NCBI RefSeq assembly: GCF_009914755.1
Contig: NC_060937.1
Source of the DNA: the human T2T-CHM13v2.0 reference genome, Homo sapiens
DNA length: 64,000 nt
Strand: one strand, 5' to 3'
Shown here: piece by piece, positions 1 to 14,378 of the stretch
Position numbering within the stretch: the stretch's first letter is position 1
Layout of the letters: every line of letters starts with the position of its first letter
The notes under the pieces: generated by a model
Databases searched by the model: none
Told to the model about the DNA's origin: nothing
Seen by the model: only the letters and a program-made list of their open reading frames with translations
Made by a program: the position numbers and the translations under genes

Positions 1-382
1 AAATGTTTGAGAGAAGACATTTCTTCAAAATAATAATGTAAGATGTTAAAAATTAGAGTTTGTTTAATTAAATTAATACTGAGTTGCTTTGATTATATTA
101 GGCTCTTTATTATTTCATTTTTATCCTGAAGTGTTGGAGATGGTTAAATAAATACCAAGGTATGTAGACATTTTCTGGAACTTTTAAACTTTCTCATTTT
201 ATAAACAGCTGTAGAAAATAAAAATATAATTATAACATAATATGTGTTTACTGAGTGCCTAACATAAGATTATATTTACTATCTATTTGTTTGAACATCC
301 CAAGATAGAATTTAACAGAAATACTAACAAGTAATTATTTGGTCCATTAAGTCTAATGAGAGAAATAAGAGGTGGGGAAATA

Positions 383-420
383 GTGATTTAGTTCTTATTA
401 TGTGATTTAGTTCTTATTAT
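383..420. repeat. Perfect 19-bp tandem duplication
   Basis: gtgatttagttcttattat x2. Confidence 0.9.
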
Positions 421-958
421 GTCTTCTATTTATGTCTTCTTTACTTCTGTTTTGTATGCCCTCATGATAAACTTTATTACATTCTTGTAGGTAGGCTAGT
501 GAGTCACGCATAGATTCCTAAAATTGTGTATAAAATTTGTAATAATTTTAACTTGTTACAGAACTCAGATAGAGCCTGTCATATCACACTACTTTTGCTC
601 CCTTTTTTGCATTTCTTTTTTGTAAGTATTTTTAGAATGTTGTCATGTCTCCTTCTACCACCTTAGCCATTATCCACACTGTATATTTTTTGGAAGTTTA
701 ATCTTTTTTGTAGTTTGGACATACCTAACCTATAATCATTTTGGCTTCTCTTTTCTTCACTCTCTGTAATTTGTTTTCATCTTTTACGGACACCTAAACC
801 TGGAAACAATAATCTTAATTCACTGGTTTTTTCATACTTCAGAAGAGACTGCCCCTCATCAAATTAGTATTTAATATTTTAATGTTTTCTATCCTGGCTT
901 GAACCTATTTAGCATTCTAATTTTATAACACCTAAAAACCTCATGGTTACTATGACTC

Positions 959-1115
959 CATTCATTCACTCAGTAAGCATTAAGAGCTAGTAATATTCTG
1001 GATATACCATTATCTCATTAAGAGCTTATAATATGCCAGAATATTTACTAGATCCTAGGAATCCAAAGATGGATTAGACAAGATTCCTGCACTGAAGTAA
1101 CTTGTATTTTAATTG
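959..1115 (-). mobile_element. L2 3' end relic
   Basis: cattcattca start followed by degenerate L2 3' sequence. Confidence 0.5.
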
Positions 1116-1164
1116 TACAGTGTGTTGTTGTGAGCATTTTACTTTTGTTAGCTCACATTATCAT

Positions 1165-1290
1165 CCAGAACTCAACATGCCCAAGTTTTCCCCCAAGAAT
1201 TTTGATTCAGAAAGTCTCAGGCAGAACCGTGGCATCTAGAGTTCTTAGAAGTTCCACAAGTGATTCTGATGGTCCTCCCTGGTTAGGCTA
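1165..1290. mobile_element. MER5-like hAT-Charlie MITE relic
   Basis: ttttgattcag...ggcatct...aagttccacaagtgattctgatg resembles the MER5 core. Confidence 0.45.
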
Positions 1291-1903
1291 GGTAAAGTCA
1301 ACCTCAGGAGTCATCCGCATCCTTAGAAAAGAAAAAAGTGTTGCTAATGATCCATCTTTACTACCAGACCATCTAGGCTTAAAGACCCATGACTCTGGTT
1401 GCTGTATTCAGGAGTTTTTTGGAGTATTCCTTAGCCCATTTCAGAACACTAATTTGGATAAATTAACATTTATAGGGCTTCCCTATTGTTAGGAAGCAGA
1501 TCTAAATAAATGACTTTTACATCCCTTTTTGCCTTTTACAATATGTATGTTAACCATAGTAAATTCATTTCTTTTCTTGAGCTATATATTACTGAAAAAT
1601 AGGACAAAAGCATGATTAGCCTCCATCGTGCTACTATTAATACTTTACACTATTCTTCATAAAAGCATCCCCCTAAAAGTGCTTTTTCTAATGACTTTTT
1701 AAGATTCAGTTTATATGTTCTGAATTTTTTTCTTTAGTGTAGATCAACACTGAGATATACGTTAAAAGCTGCATGAAATAGAGTTTTGAGTGCTATGAAG
1801 CACTAATATAATAAATACTCTTGGTTCGGAGGATAATTCAAGCTGAATTTTAAGGGTTTGTTGTCATGTTGACACAAAAGGGAAAACAGACCCAATCAGA
1901 CCT

Positions 1904-1959
1904 AGTGTTATAAAGTTTTTATAACACTGTTATAAAAATTTTATAACAGTGTTATAAAA
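1904..1959. repeat. Compound AT-rich palindrome
   Basis: Arms 1917-1937 and 1939-1959 are exact reverse complements; overlapping inverted repeat 1904-1928. Confidence 0.95.
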
Positions 1960-3829
1960 TGTTTCACTCTAATTTTATCTCATACATGCTTTTATTTTAT
2001 GGCAACATTCCTTTCCTTACATTTGTTTCAGTTAAGTACTCTTCACATACCTGTAGTACCTATTTTTTTGACTTTATAAGATGGCCAGATATTACTACAT
2101 GTTGTTTATTTTATTAATGGCATTACATATTTTATTTGATCATGATATGATAGATGCATTGAATTACTCCAAATACATGCTTGAAATTCTTATAAATCCA
2201 TGGTACAGTTGTCAAACATACTCAGCATTTTTAACTCAGCAAAAAAAGACCTCTCACATTCATTTAAGAATTAGCTTGTAAGCCAAAAATGACAGATGTA
2301 GTATTGCAGCTGAGAAGTGAACTGGTTGAAGAAATCATCTAAATGGCAGAAACGTTTGGAGAAATACCCAAACTTCTTTTAAATTCCTTTCTCACGTTCT
2401 TTAGTCATCATTGTTGCGACATTAATGTTGGCTTTAAAAGTTTTCCCTAGTTTGTTTCTTTACAATTTGGAAAATTTCACATTGAAAACACCTGAGTTAA
2501 TAGAACTGTGTTACTCTATAGTTTTTCTTTTTTTTTTTTTTTCCAACTCACTGGAAATCTGTGGGCTCTATAATTTTATATGTACATTTTGAACTAATGT
2601 AATTGCTCCCCTAATTTTCATCAAAAATAATTTTGATTCAGTATCCAGGTATATATTTAAAATTTTTAAATATACAGATAACTAAAAAGCAAAAGAAAAC
2701 AGTTGGTAGAACAATAGGTAGCAGTAATGCACAAAAGTAAAATCTCTAAGATAACATTTTGTATTTTAATAACATGAAAGGAAAGTAATTTCAGATATGT
2801 TCTCTGTAAGTTATGATATGGATATATATGTGTGTGAATATAGTTTACATAAAACTTGTATACTTTTTGTTTTCTTAAAGTAAAAAAATTAGAAGTTATA
2901 GATTGGGTATAATAGGGTAAGTGTGCTTATTTTTGTATTCTGAGATCTTTCAAATATTTTCAGGGTATAAAAAATAACTAACCAAAGACCTATACCATAT
3001 ACTAGCCACTGATGTAGTAATACTTCATCTCTGTTTAGCTAATAACACTTTGTTTTGAGAAGTAAAGGATATATCTAAGCCAAAATTATTTAAATGGAAA
3101 GTACTTAATTTTTTATTTTTAAATTTCTCATATAAAAATTTTTTGAGTTGCCTTCAGTAAAATTAATTTTTAAGTTGAACCATGTAATGTAAAAATGTAA
3201 TTTTCTCCTCTCACCTCTCTTTTCCCAGATATCTTTACCTGTATGGGATATTATTTCTTATTTCTTCAGGATGTACACTTCCTTTCTTTTTATATAACTC
3301 AGTGTCCTTGTGTGATTTTAGATATATCCATGATTCACGTCTAAATATGTATATAATGAGTCAAGTTTTTATTTTTAAAAGAAACACATCAGAATATATG
3401 GACACAAATAAGAATACCCTCCACCAAGGTCAATACAGTAGAAGCCCGTATGCTTTTTCCGACCGTGTTGGTATTGCTCAATTCAGTTATTTTACAGCAC
3501 AGTTCTTGGAATAACTTTTCATTTTAACAGTCTTCTTCCTTCAAAGAGAAGTTTTTGTTTTTGGAAATTCAACCATTCAGAGTAAAGCCCATTGAATTTG
3601 GTGGGTGAATAAACTAGGTATACTGTTTGTTGTGAACAATGGGTGAGAAATTGGGGAGAGGTTAACTATTTAACAATGAAAGAATTGTTGAGAATGGAAA
3701 ATTATGAGGCCAATTGAAAATCTTATTTTTGAAGGAGGTTTAATAACATAAGAAGATTTTTAAGATAATATTGGGGGAAGGAGAGCAAATTTTATATGAA
3801 AGCATAATTCATATGTAATATGCATAGCA

Positions 3830-4650
<821 letters not shown>

Positions 4651-7004
4651 ACTTGTGCAGAGAAGAAAATTTATGAAAATATAAACAGCTTATCCTTATA
4701 AGCAAGATTGAATTCTCAGTTGACTAGACACATCAGCTTCTGTCCTTGTCAACTCCAATTTCTTATAGCTGAATCTACCAAAGACTGAATGTATCTGGAG
4801 ATTTAGGCCCATCTTTGTTTCACAGTTCTTTCAAGTGTAGAAAGTTTGTCAACCTCTGCCCCACTTGCTTGTGGAGTTTAAAACTAAACTTTCCTGCCCA
4901 CACAAAAGACTTAGCAGTCTATCTCTGACTACCTACTTCTGTGTATTCTTCTAAGCTCCAGTATTCTTTCTTTATTGACCCATCTCCCCATATTTCAACA
5001 TAAAGTTGAAAATATCTTTCAGTGCTTTGTTATTAGTTAATTTGCCTAATAACTGAATACTAAAAATCCTTCCCTGAACCCTTACTGGTACTGGAGATCT
5101 TGTGACTTTGCTTAACTTCTCTTGCCAGTCTACCTTGGGGCAGGGTCTTACTTCCCATACTCTTTATCTGTACACAGTTGTCCTGCCACATACAGATAAA
5201 TGCTTTGCCTCAGCTACTGCACTATCTTACTTTCAACCTGGATCAGTTGTTAAATTTCTTAATGCAAGTACCATATTCTGGCCCTGGTCATTACATGAAC
5301 CTCACCACTGAGTTTTAGTACTTTTTAGGTATTCTGCCTTAGAAAACCTGTTTACCGAATGAGATTTGATAACTGGGTTCAAAATTTTTAATGTAATACA
5401 AGCCATGAACATTTTGTGTACAGAATTCAAAAATCAGTTGTTTCTCATTGAAATAAAAAAGATTAAATAAGCAGTTAAAATGGGTTAAATATGGGTCTTT
5501 CACTGTGTTACCCAATGATGACCTTGTTAATAAGAGTTGGGAATAAACCATATACATGCGTGGCTTAATACATCAGAGTCTAACAAGTAAAACTTCCCCT
5601 GTAGAGTCTACATGTAAAGACTGCCAATGTAAATTTTGTTATGAAAACCTGTTATTTGATGTTTTATCCAGTACTTTTATTACCAAATATGTTTTCCTGT
5701 TTCTGAGACTCCACTGTCACATTGATGTCTCTCCTGTGGTTATTTCTCAGCATCCCAGAACATGTCCTGCTACTGGGAGTTTAATTCATCCTAGCCTGAG
5801 AGCACTTCTTATGGATTACTTTCTTTGTAGCTCCCTGTGTAATAGCTGATTTTCACCCTTTAACATTTTTTCTCCCTGTACTTCCAAACCCAGAAGTGCT
5901 GTTGCAGTGAATATTCCTTCAGAGCAAACCATCAGTTCTAGTCCTTTCTGTTATTTTTAAAGTAGTATTTGGTATATGGTTGGGTCTTATGAAAACTAAA
6001 AACCCGGTTACAAATGTAGCATAAGGACAAATGGAGCCAAATTTTAGGCCTGGGGATGAGATGGTTGTGAGAATAGGTGGAGATTCTCTGTGGAAAATTT
6101 TACCTCTTAAGGTTACTATGCTAATAAATTAGAATATCAAACGTGAAGTTGTTAATGTATGAATAATACTGACTTACCTCAAATAAGATGTTCAGATTGA
6201 GAGTACGAGATGAGAAGTCTGAGTCAACAAAGTAAAATGTGATGGGTTATATTAGCAAAACAAGTTAAGTGGGAGTTACCTGAAACTAGCTCCTGGGCAT
6301 CATCAGTTCCTCACTGTTGGAGCTACTTTTGTAGCTATGTTTGTTCAACATTTTCAGAGTTCAGTTTAACAAAATACTTACACAGGCTTAATAATTTGAG
6401 GCAGATCCTTTCACTTACATAAACAACATGGAAATAGACTAGTCCTTTAGAATTACCATTTCATTTTACAAAGCTTCAGTTTATGAAACTTAGACTATAT
6501 TCAAATTTTTAGGAGATAATTCTTGTTACCACCTAGATGGTTTATTGTTTAACTTCTGTTAAATTTTCTATATTCTAAATGTCTAAATATTGTTTACTGT
6601 TTAACTTTTCAATATAAGGAAATAATATTAGTGCCAAAAGTAACTTTCAGGTGCCATGTAATGAATAAAAACAGGTGATGCTAAAAGCTAAGTCTTTAAT
6701 TACCTATTTGGAGTTGGCAGTGATATCCGAAGCAACATCCCGAATCCATAAAAAGGCAAAATTTGCAGTTTAATCTTTTAGGATAAATTATCTTAAAGAT
6801 CAATATCACATTCTAAATTACTTATCCAGAATTTATTTCATAATATGGTCTCTGTATGTCCTAGTCTCACATACAAAGAAAGTATTGATTTCACACATTT
6901 AATTCATTTATATTTATAAAACAACTTGCCTCAAAGAGTACAGGGACATTTGTATGTCATAAAATGTTGAATTAATACTTTTTTTTAGTAAAAGGTATTT
7001 TTTT

Positions 7005-7688
7005 TTACCACTTCACGCACACTAGAATGCATAATCAAAAGGCAGACAATGATAAGTGTTGTTAAGAATGTGGAGAAATTGGCACCCTCATTACTGCTGA
7101 TGGGAATGTAAAATGGTGCAACCCTGTTGGAAAAAAGTTGGGCAGTTTCTCAAAAAGTTAAAAATAGAGTGACATATGACATAGCAATTGTGTTCCTAGG
7201 TATATAACCAAGAGAAATGAATTCATGTTTACACAAAAACTTGTACATAAATGTTCATGGTAGCATTATTCATCATAGCCGAAAATCAGAAACAACCCAA
7301 ATGTCCATCAACTGATGATGGATAAGCAAAATGTGATGTAGTTATACATTTGAATGTTATTCGGTTATAAAAAGTAATGAAATGTTGATTCATTCTACAA
7401 CATGAATGAACCTTGAAAACATCAGAAGGCCACATATTATATGATTCCATTAATACGAAATGTTCAGAGTAAGCAAACTTTTAGAGACAAAAAGTAGATC
7501 AGTGGTTGCCAGGCCTGGATGAAGAGAAGAATAGGGAGTGACTAATGAACATGGGGACTTTGTAGGGTAATTAAAATGCTTTTAATTAGATAATGATGTG
7601 CAAATTTGTAAATAAGCTAAAAACCACAGAACTGTGTATGTTAAAAGAGTGAATTTTATGGTATATGAATTATGTCTCAGTAAAAAAT
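7005..7688 (+). mobile_element. L1MB-type 3' end
   Basis: ORF2 C-terminal and 3'UTR motifs; flanked by repeated aaaaggtattttt (about 6990 and 7714). Confidence 0.85.
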
Positions 7689-8074
7689 TTATCAGTGTTT
7701 GTTTTTCTATATAAAAAGGTATTTTTTAATAAAATTGTAAAAAGTTTTATATAATTAATGCCAGGATTTTCCAAAAAAGTTAGTCACAAAAACTGACATT
7801 CACTTTAAAACTTTACTGTATATTAATGTGTAATGTGCATTGTATGGAACTTCCACCGATCTGAGACTTGAAGTAGCCCATGGTGTATATCTAATGCCTA
7901 TCTTCTCTGATTATATTTTGAATGGTATTTTCACTCACTGACAGGAGTGAAATAGCCTTTAAAAAGCATTTTAAAGTTTATCTTACCTCAGAAATGTCAG
8001 TTATGAATATTATGTAATAGCAGAAAGACTATCGCTGTGAAGTCTAATATAAAATTGGGCTTCATCCTGAAATT

Positions 8075-8200
8075 TACTAGCAGTGTGTTCCTATTAAAGA
8101 AATTATTTGACATCTCTGAGCCTCAAGTTCTTCATCTGCAAAATACCTAGTAGATCCGTTATAAGAATTAAATGAGATACCATAGATAAAACAGACTATG
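8075..8200 (+). mobile_element. MIR
   Basis: Core ctctgagcctcaagttcttcatctgcaaaat...aattaaatgagata. Confidence 0.7.
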
Positions 8201-8277
8201 CTCTCTGCTTCACTGCCCTGCATATAACTCACATTTCTTCTCCCTAGAATACTTCCCACCCCTTACCTCCTCCTGCC

Positions 8278-8280
<3 letters not shown>

Positions 8281-8324
<44 letters not shown>

Positions 8325-8326
8325 CA
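8281..8326. repeat. (CA)n microsatellite
   Basis: Direct reading. Confidence 0.95.
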
Positions 8327-8329
8327 CCC

Positions 8330-8540
8330 CTCTAAACAAACCAAGTTAGGTCTCCTTCATATATGTTCCCACTGAACCTAGGGATTACCCTATTGAAGCA
8401 CTTACCATTGAATTTTCGTGTTTATTTGCCTGTTTTCCCCAGAAAACTATAAGTTCTTTTAAAAAACAATATTTTATCTACCAATGTATACACCTTACCT
8501 AGCATACTGACTAGCTTAATAAATATTTGAATAAATGAAT
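8330..8540 (+). mobile_element. L2 3' end relic
   Basis: Ends taataaatatttgaataaatgaat. Confidence 0.55.
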
Positions 8541-9281
8541 TTTAATATCATACCCAGCATTATACTTGGTTCATAATAACTCCCTGAAAAGATACAGTGT
8601 ATGTGTATTTTGCTTTTCTGTTAGAACACAATCAACCTTAAGTATTTTCAAATTTATAGTATGTGGTGATTTATATGTTAAGTGGAAATGTTTTTATTAC
8701 CGGTTATACCTATGGAATGAAGAGAATGTTCCTTATCTGAGTTGTAATAGCCTACTTGTAGGTCTATATTTATCTTCACAGTTTGTACATTTTTTTCTTG
8801 TAATATCAAAATATATGTATATGTACTAAGTTTATTTTGCAAGTGTTTCAAGAATTTGTAGTTTAATATGCATATTTCATTGCTTTCTTCTCCATCTGAC
8901 ATTATTTAGACTTAGGATGAAATAGCAAGCTGGGAAACAATGCCATAGATTTAAAAAGGCCTATGAGAAGTATAGAAATTAAATCATTCTAAGCAATGTA
9001 ACTGAAATTTGCTCTTGCCATTTACAAAATGATAGGAAATAATTATTTTGGCTAGAAAGAATGAAAATAAGGGTAGAATGGTGAAAGTTAATTGATATGT
9101 TCACTGTAATTACTTATTTTCATACATATACCTACCTAAATTATTTATAAAAGCTTTGCTGAATAAATATAAATTATTAACTCCACAAATATGGGGGAGT
9201 AGAAAACATAGAAGGTTTATGATTACTTAAATCATTGAGACTGCTTTCTTTAGAGTGTCATAACCATTCTGCTTCTTTCAG

Positions 9282-9447
9282 GTACAGAGAACTACAACTT
9301 AGTACAGAAAGCAAAGTAACAGAATTTCTCCATCAAAGTAAATTAAAATCTTTTGAAAGTGAGCGTGTTCAACTTCTGCAAGAGGAAACAGCAAGAAATC
9401 TCACACAGTGTCAATTGGAATGTGAAAAATATCAGAAAAAATTGGAG
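9282..9447 (+). CDS. PIBF1: PIBF1 coding exon (probably exon 11), 166 nt, [11 protein letters not shown]...[10 protein letters not shown]
   Basis: Acceptor gcttctttcag|G, donor GAG|gtacat; open frame inside ORF 9235-9684; coiled-coil composition. Confidence 0.96.
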
Positions 9448-10238
9448 GTACATGTACAAGCTTTTCTTTCAACATTAGCATGGCATGTAAACTCCCTAAG
9501 TACAAGATTTATATTGAGCTTTATTTCTCCTATAGGATGTATCACTATCCTGCACAAAAAAAAAAAAAAAAAAAACAAGGAAATACGTATTTCAGAAAGA
9601 TGTATACTGAAAAGGACTAGAATTGTTGAGAAACAAAAAAAGCAAGAAAAGATGTCATTCACAATAGCAACCAAAAATATATAATGACTTGGAATATTTT
9701 AAATAAGAACAGTGCAGAATGTATACGAAGAAAACTATAGAACTTCACTGACATGTGAAATGAAACACCATGTTTCTGGGAGGGAATGAAGTATACATTT
9801 TTTCAGTTTTCATCAAATAATATGATATGTTTCTATCTAATCAAATGCCAGCATATTTTTTAACTGAAAATAATTCTATAGAACAACTGGAAGGAAAAAC
9901 ATACAGAATAGTCAATATTTTTAAAAGTACTTTTTAAAAAGAAATAATGGAAATATATATCACATTTTAAAGTGTGTTCTGAGGCAAGAATAATTAAACT
10001 GCACACAAAATTAGTTCACAAATGGTATAAAATGTAAAGCCCCAAAACATATTTACATAAATTTAAGAATTTATACATGGTAAAGGTCATATTTCAAATC
10101 AGTAGGGAAAGTATGGATTGGACAATAAATGATGCTGTGATAATCATTTGAATATTTAGAGAAAATAGTTGACTCAATACCTCATACCATATAGCAAAAT
10201 TAAACTCAGATGGATTACTAGGCTGCATATATGTACAA

Positions 10239-10266
10239 TATATAATATATATATTATATATATATA

Positions 10267-10306
<40 letters not shown>
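10239..10306. repeat. (TA)n(TG)n compound microsatellite
   Basis: Direct reading. Confidence 0.95.
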
Positions 10307-10308
<2 letters not shown>

Positions 10309-10311
10309 CTA

Positions 10312-10630
<319 letters not shown>

Positions 10631-13600
10631 TTTAAAGTAAATACAGATGAAATTATATCTTATGTTTACTTTGGGAATTAATCTGTTAATCTGATGAAAG
10701 CCAGGAAAGAAATTATATAGGAAAAATAAAACCTGAATTTGTTTTTAAAATTCATAAATTTTAAAATTCATAAATTCATAAAATTCATAAATTTTTAAAT
10801 TTATATTTAAACTTAAATAATATTTAAAATAATATATATAATATTAAAGGCAAAATAGAAACTGAAAAACAGTATTTGTGTTATATATGACAAAGGGCTT
10901 ATGTCCTTAAGTTTAAAAGATATTTTATCAAGAGGACATGCCTTCGCCTTCTACATAAATAAGTGGGAAAAAAAAGGAATGGACCATTTCCAAGAAATGA
11001 AATGCAAATTGCTAATAAATAAATAAATGAAAATATGAATTCTCACTGATAAGTACCAAAATATAAATTTATAAATTTAAACTTTTTTTTTTACCTTTAG
11101 ATAGGTCTGTGTGTTGTTTTTAAAATGCTGGCAAGAGTACCCTTAAGTGGGAAATCTCATGAGTTAGAAAATGAAACAGCCCTTCTGGACATTATGGTAA
11201 TCTGTGTTAAAAGCCTTAGAAGGTTGATCCAGATTGTGAATTTTAGATCCAGATTGTGAATTTTAGCTCCAGATCGACTGCAAGAACAAACCAGCAATCC
11301 TGAGAGGACCCACAGACCCTCTGAAGGAAGCGGACTGCTCCTGCAGGACCCGGAAGACACCCCAAATACTCTGGGAGGTGGAAAGCCTCGGGCAAGTTTT
11401 CAAGCCCAACTCACTCTGGGCCTGGAAACAGACTCTTGGGCTGTTGTGTTGGGGGGAGCCAGTGGGAGCGAGACCAGCCCTTCAGTTTTCGTGGGAACTG
11501 GGTGAGGCCTGTGACTGTTGGCTTTCCCCCATTTCCCTGACAACCTGCATGACTCAGCAGAGGCAGCCATAATCCTCCTAGGCCACCTCCACCAGAATAG
11601 GTGCTGGTATCCATGATGGAGAGACCCATAGACAGTTCACATCACAAGACTGTGCAGAAAACCCCAGTACCAGCCTGGAGCTGGGTAGACTCACTGGGTA
11701 GCTATACCCAGAAGAGCGACAACAATCACTGCATTTTGGCTCACGGGAAGCCACATCCACAGGAAAAGGGGTAGGGTACTACATCAAGGGAACACTTCGT
11801 GAGGAACAAAAGAACCTGAACAACAGCCTTCAGCCCTTGACTTGCCCTCTGAGAGAGCCTACCCAAATGAGAAGGAACCAGAAAACCAACCCTGGTAATA
11901 TAACAAAACAAGGCTCTTCATGACCCTCCAAAAATCACACTAGTTCACCAGCAGTGGATCCAAACCAAGAAATCCCTAATTTACCTGAAAAAGAATTTAG
12001 GAGGTTAGTTATTGAGCTAGTAAGGGAGGAACCAGAGAAAGGTGAAGCCCAGTGCAAGGAAATCCAAAAAATGGTACAAGAAGTGAAGGGAGAAATATTC
12101 AAGGAAATAGCTAAAAGAAAAAAAATCAAAAATTCAGTGAACTTTGGACATGCTTTTAAAAATGCGAAATGTTCTGGAAAGTCTCAGCAATAGAATTGAA
12201 CAAGTAGAAGAAAGAAACTCAGAGCTTGAAGACAAGGTCTTCGAATTAACCCAATCCAAAAAAGACAAAGAAAAAAGAATATGAAAATATGACTAAAGCC
12301 TCCAAGAAATTTGGGATTATGTTAAACAACCAAACCTAAGAGTAATCAGTGTTCCTGAGGAAGAAGACAATTCTAAAAGCTTGGAAAACATATTTGGGGG
12401 AATAATTGAGGAAAACTTCCCTGGCCTTGCTAGAGACCTAGACATCCAAATACGAGAAGCACCAAGAACACCTGGGGAATTCATTGCAAAAAGATTTTCG
12501 CCTAGGCACATTGTCGTCAGGTTATCCAAAGTTAAGACGAAGGAAAGAATCTTAAGAGCTGTGAGACAGAAGCACCAGGTTTTCCTATAGAGGAAAACCT
12601 ATAAGATTAACAGCAGATTCCTCAGCAGAAAGCCTACAAGCTAGAAAGGATTGGGGATCCCATCTTCAGCATCCTCAAACAAAACAATTATAAGCCAATA
12701 ACTTTGTATCTAGTGAAACTAAGCATCATAAATAAAGGAAAGATACAGTCATTTTCAGATAAATACATGCTGAGAGAATTCACCATTACCAAGCCACCAC
12801 TATAAGAACAGCTCAAAGGAGCTCTAAATCTTGAAACAAATCCTGGAAACATCAAAACAAAATCTCTTCAAAGCATAAATCACACAGGACCTATAAAACA
12901 AAAATACAAGTTAAAAATCAAAAACAACAACAAAAAAAGTACACATGCAACAGAAAGCATGATGAATGCAATGGTACCTCACATTTCAGTACTAACATTA
13001 GATGTAAATGGCCTAAATGCTCCACTTAAAAAAGGTGCAGAACTACAGAATGGATGAGAACTTGCAAACTAACCATCTGCTGCCTTCAGGAGACACACCT
13101 AACACATAAGGACTCACATAAACTTAAAGGGGTGGAAAAAGGCATTTCATGCAATGAACACCAAAAGCGAGCAGGGGTAGCTATTCTTACATCAGACAAA
13201 AAAAACTTTAAAGCAACAGTGGTTAAAAGAGACAAAGAGGGACATTATATAATGGTAAAAGGCCTTGTCCAACAGGAAAATATCACAATGGACCTAACAC
13301 TGGAGCTCCCAAATTTATAAAACAATTACTAATAGACCTAAGAAATGAGATAATCAGCAACACAGTAATAGTGGGGGACTTCAGTACTCCACTGACAGCA
13401 CTAGAGAGGTCTTTAAGACAGAAAGTCAACAAAGCAACAATGGATTTAACTGGATTTAAACTGTACCTTGGAACAAATGGACTTAACAGATGTAAACAGA
13501 ACATTTCATCGAACAACTGCAGAATACACATCCTATTCAACAGCACATGGAACTTTCTCCAAGATAGACCATCTGATAGGCCATAAAATGAGCCTGAATA

Positions 13601-14073
13601 AATTTAAGAAAATTGAAATTATATCAAGCCCTCTGTCAGACTGCAGTGGAATAAAACTGGAAATCAACTCCAAAAGGAACCTTCAGAATCACACAAATAC
13701 ATGGAAGTTAAATAACCTGCTCCTGAATGAGCATCAGGTCAAAAATGAAATCAAGATGGAAATTTAAAAATTGTTTGAACTGAATGACAGTAATGACACA
13801 ACCTACCCAAACCTCTGGAATACAGCTAAGGCAGTGCCAAGAGGAAAGTTGATGGCCCTAAACACCTACATCAAAAAGTCTGAAAGAGCACAACAGACAA
13901 TCTAAGGTCACACCTCAAGGAACTAGAGAAACAAGAATAAACCAAACCCAGCAGAAGAAAGGAAATAACCGAGATCAGAGCAGAACTAAATGAAATTTGA
14001 ACAAAAAGAAATACACAAGGTAAATGAAACAAAAAGCTGGTTCTTTGAAAAGATAAATAAAATTGATAGATCA

Positions 14074-14378
<305 letters not shown>

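Noticed and set aside
6528-6542. ccacctagatgg (and ccatctagatgg near 33860) as CTCF sites
   Set aside because: Only partial matches to the core motif; expected by chance in 64 kb.
10745-10800. taaaattcataaa repeats
   Set aside because: Ordinary AT-rich slippage inside decayed L1.
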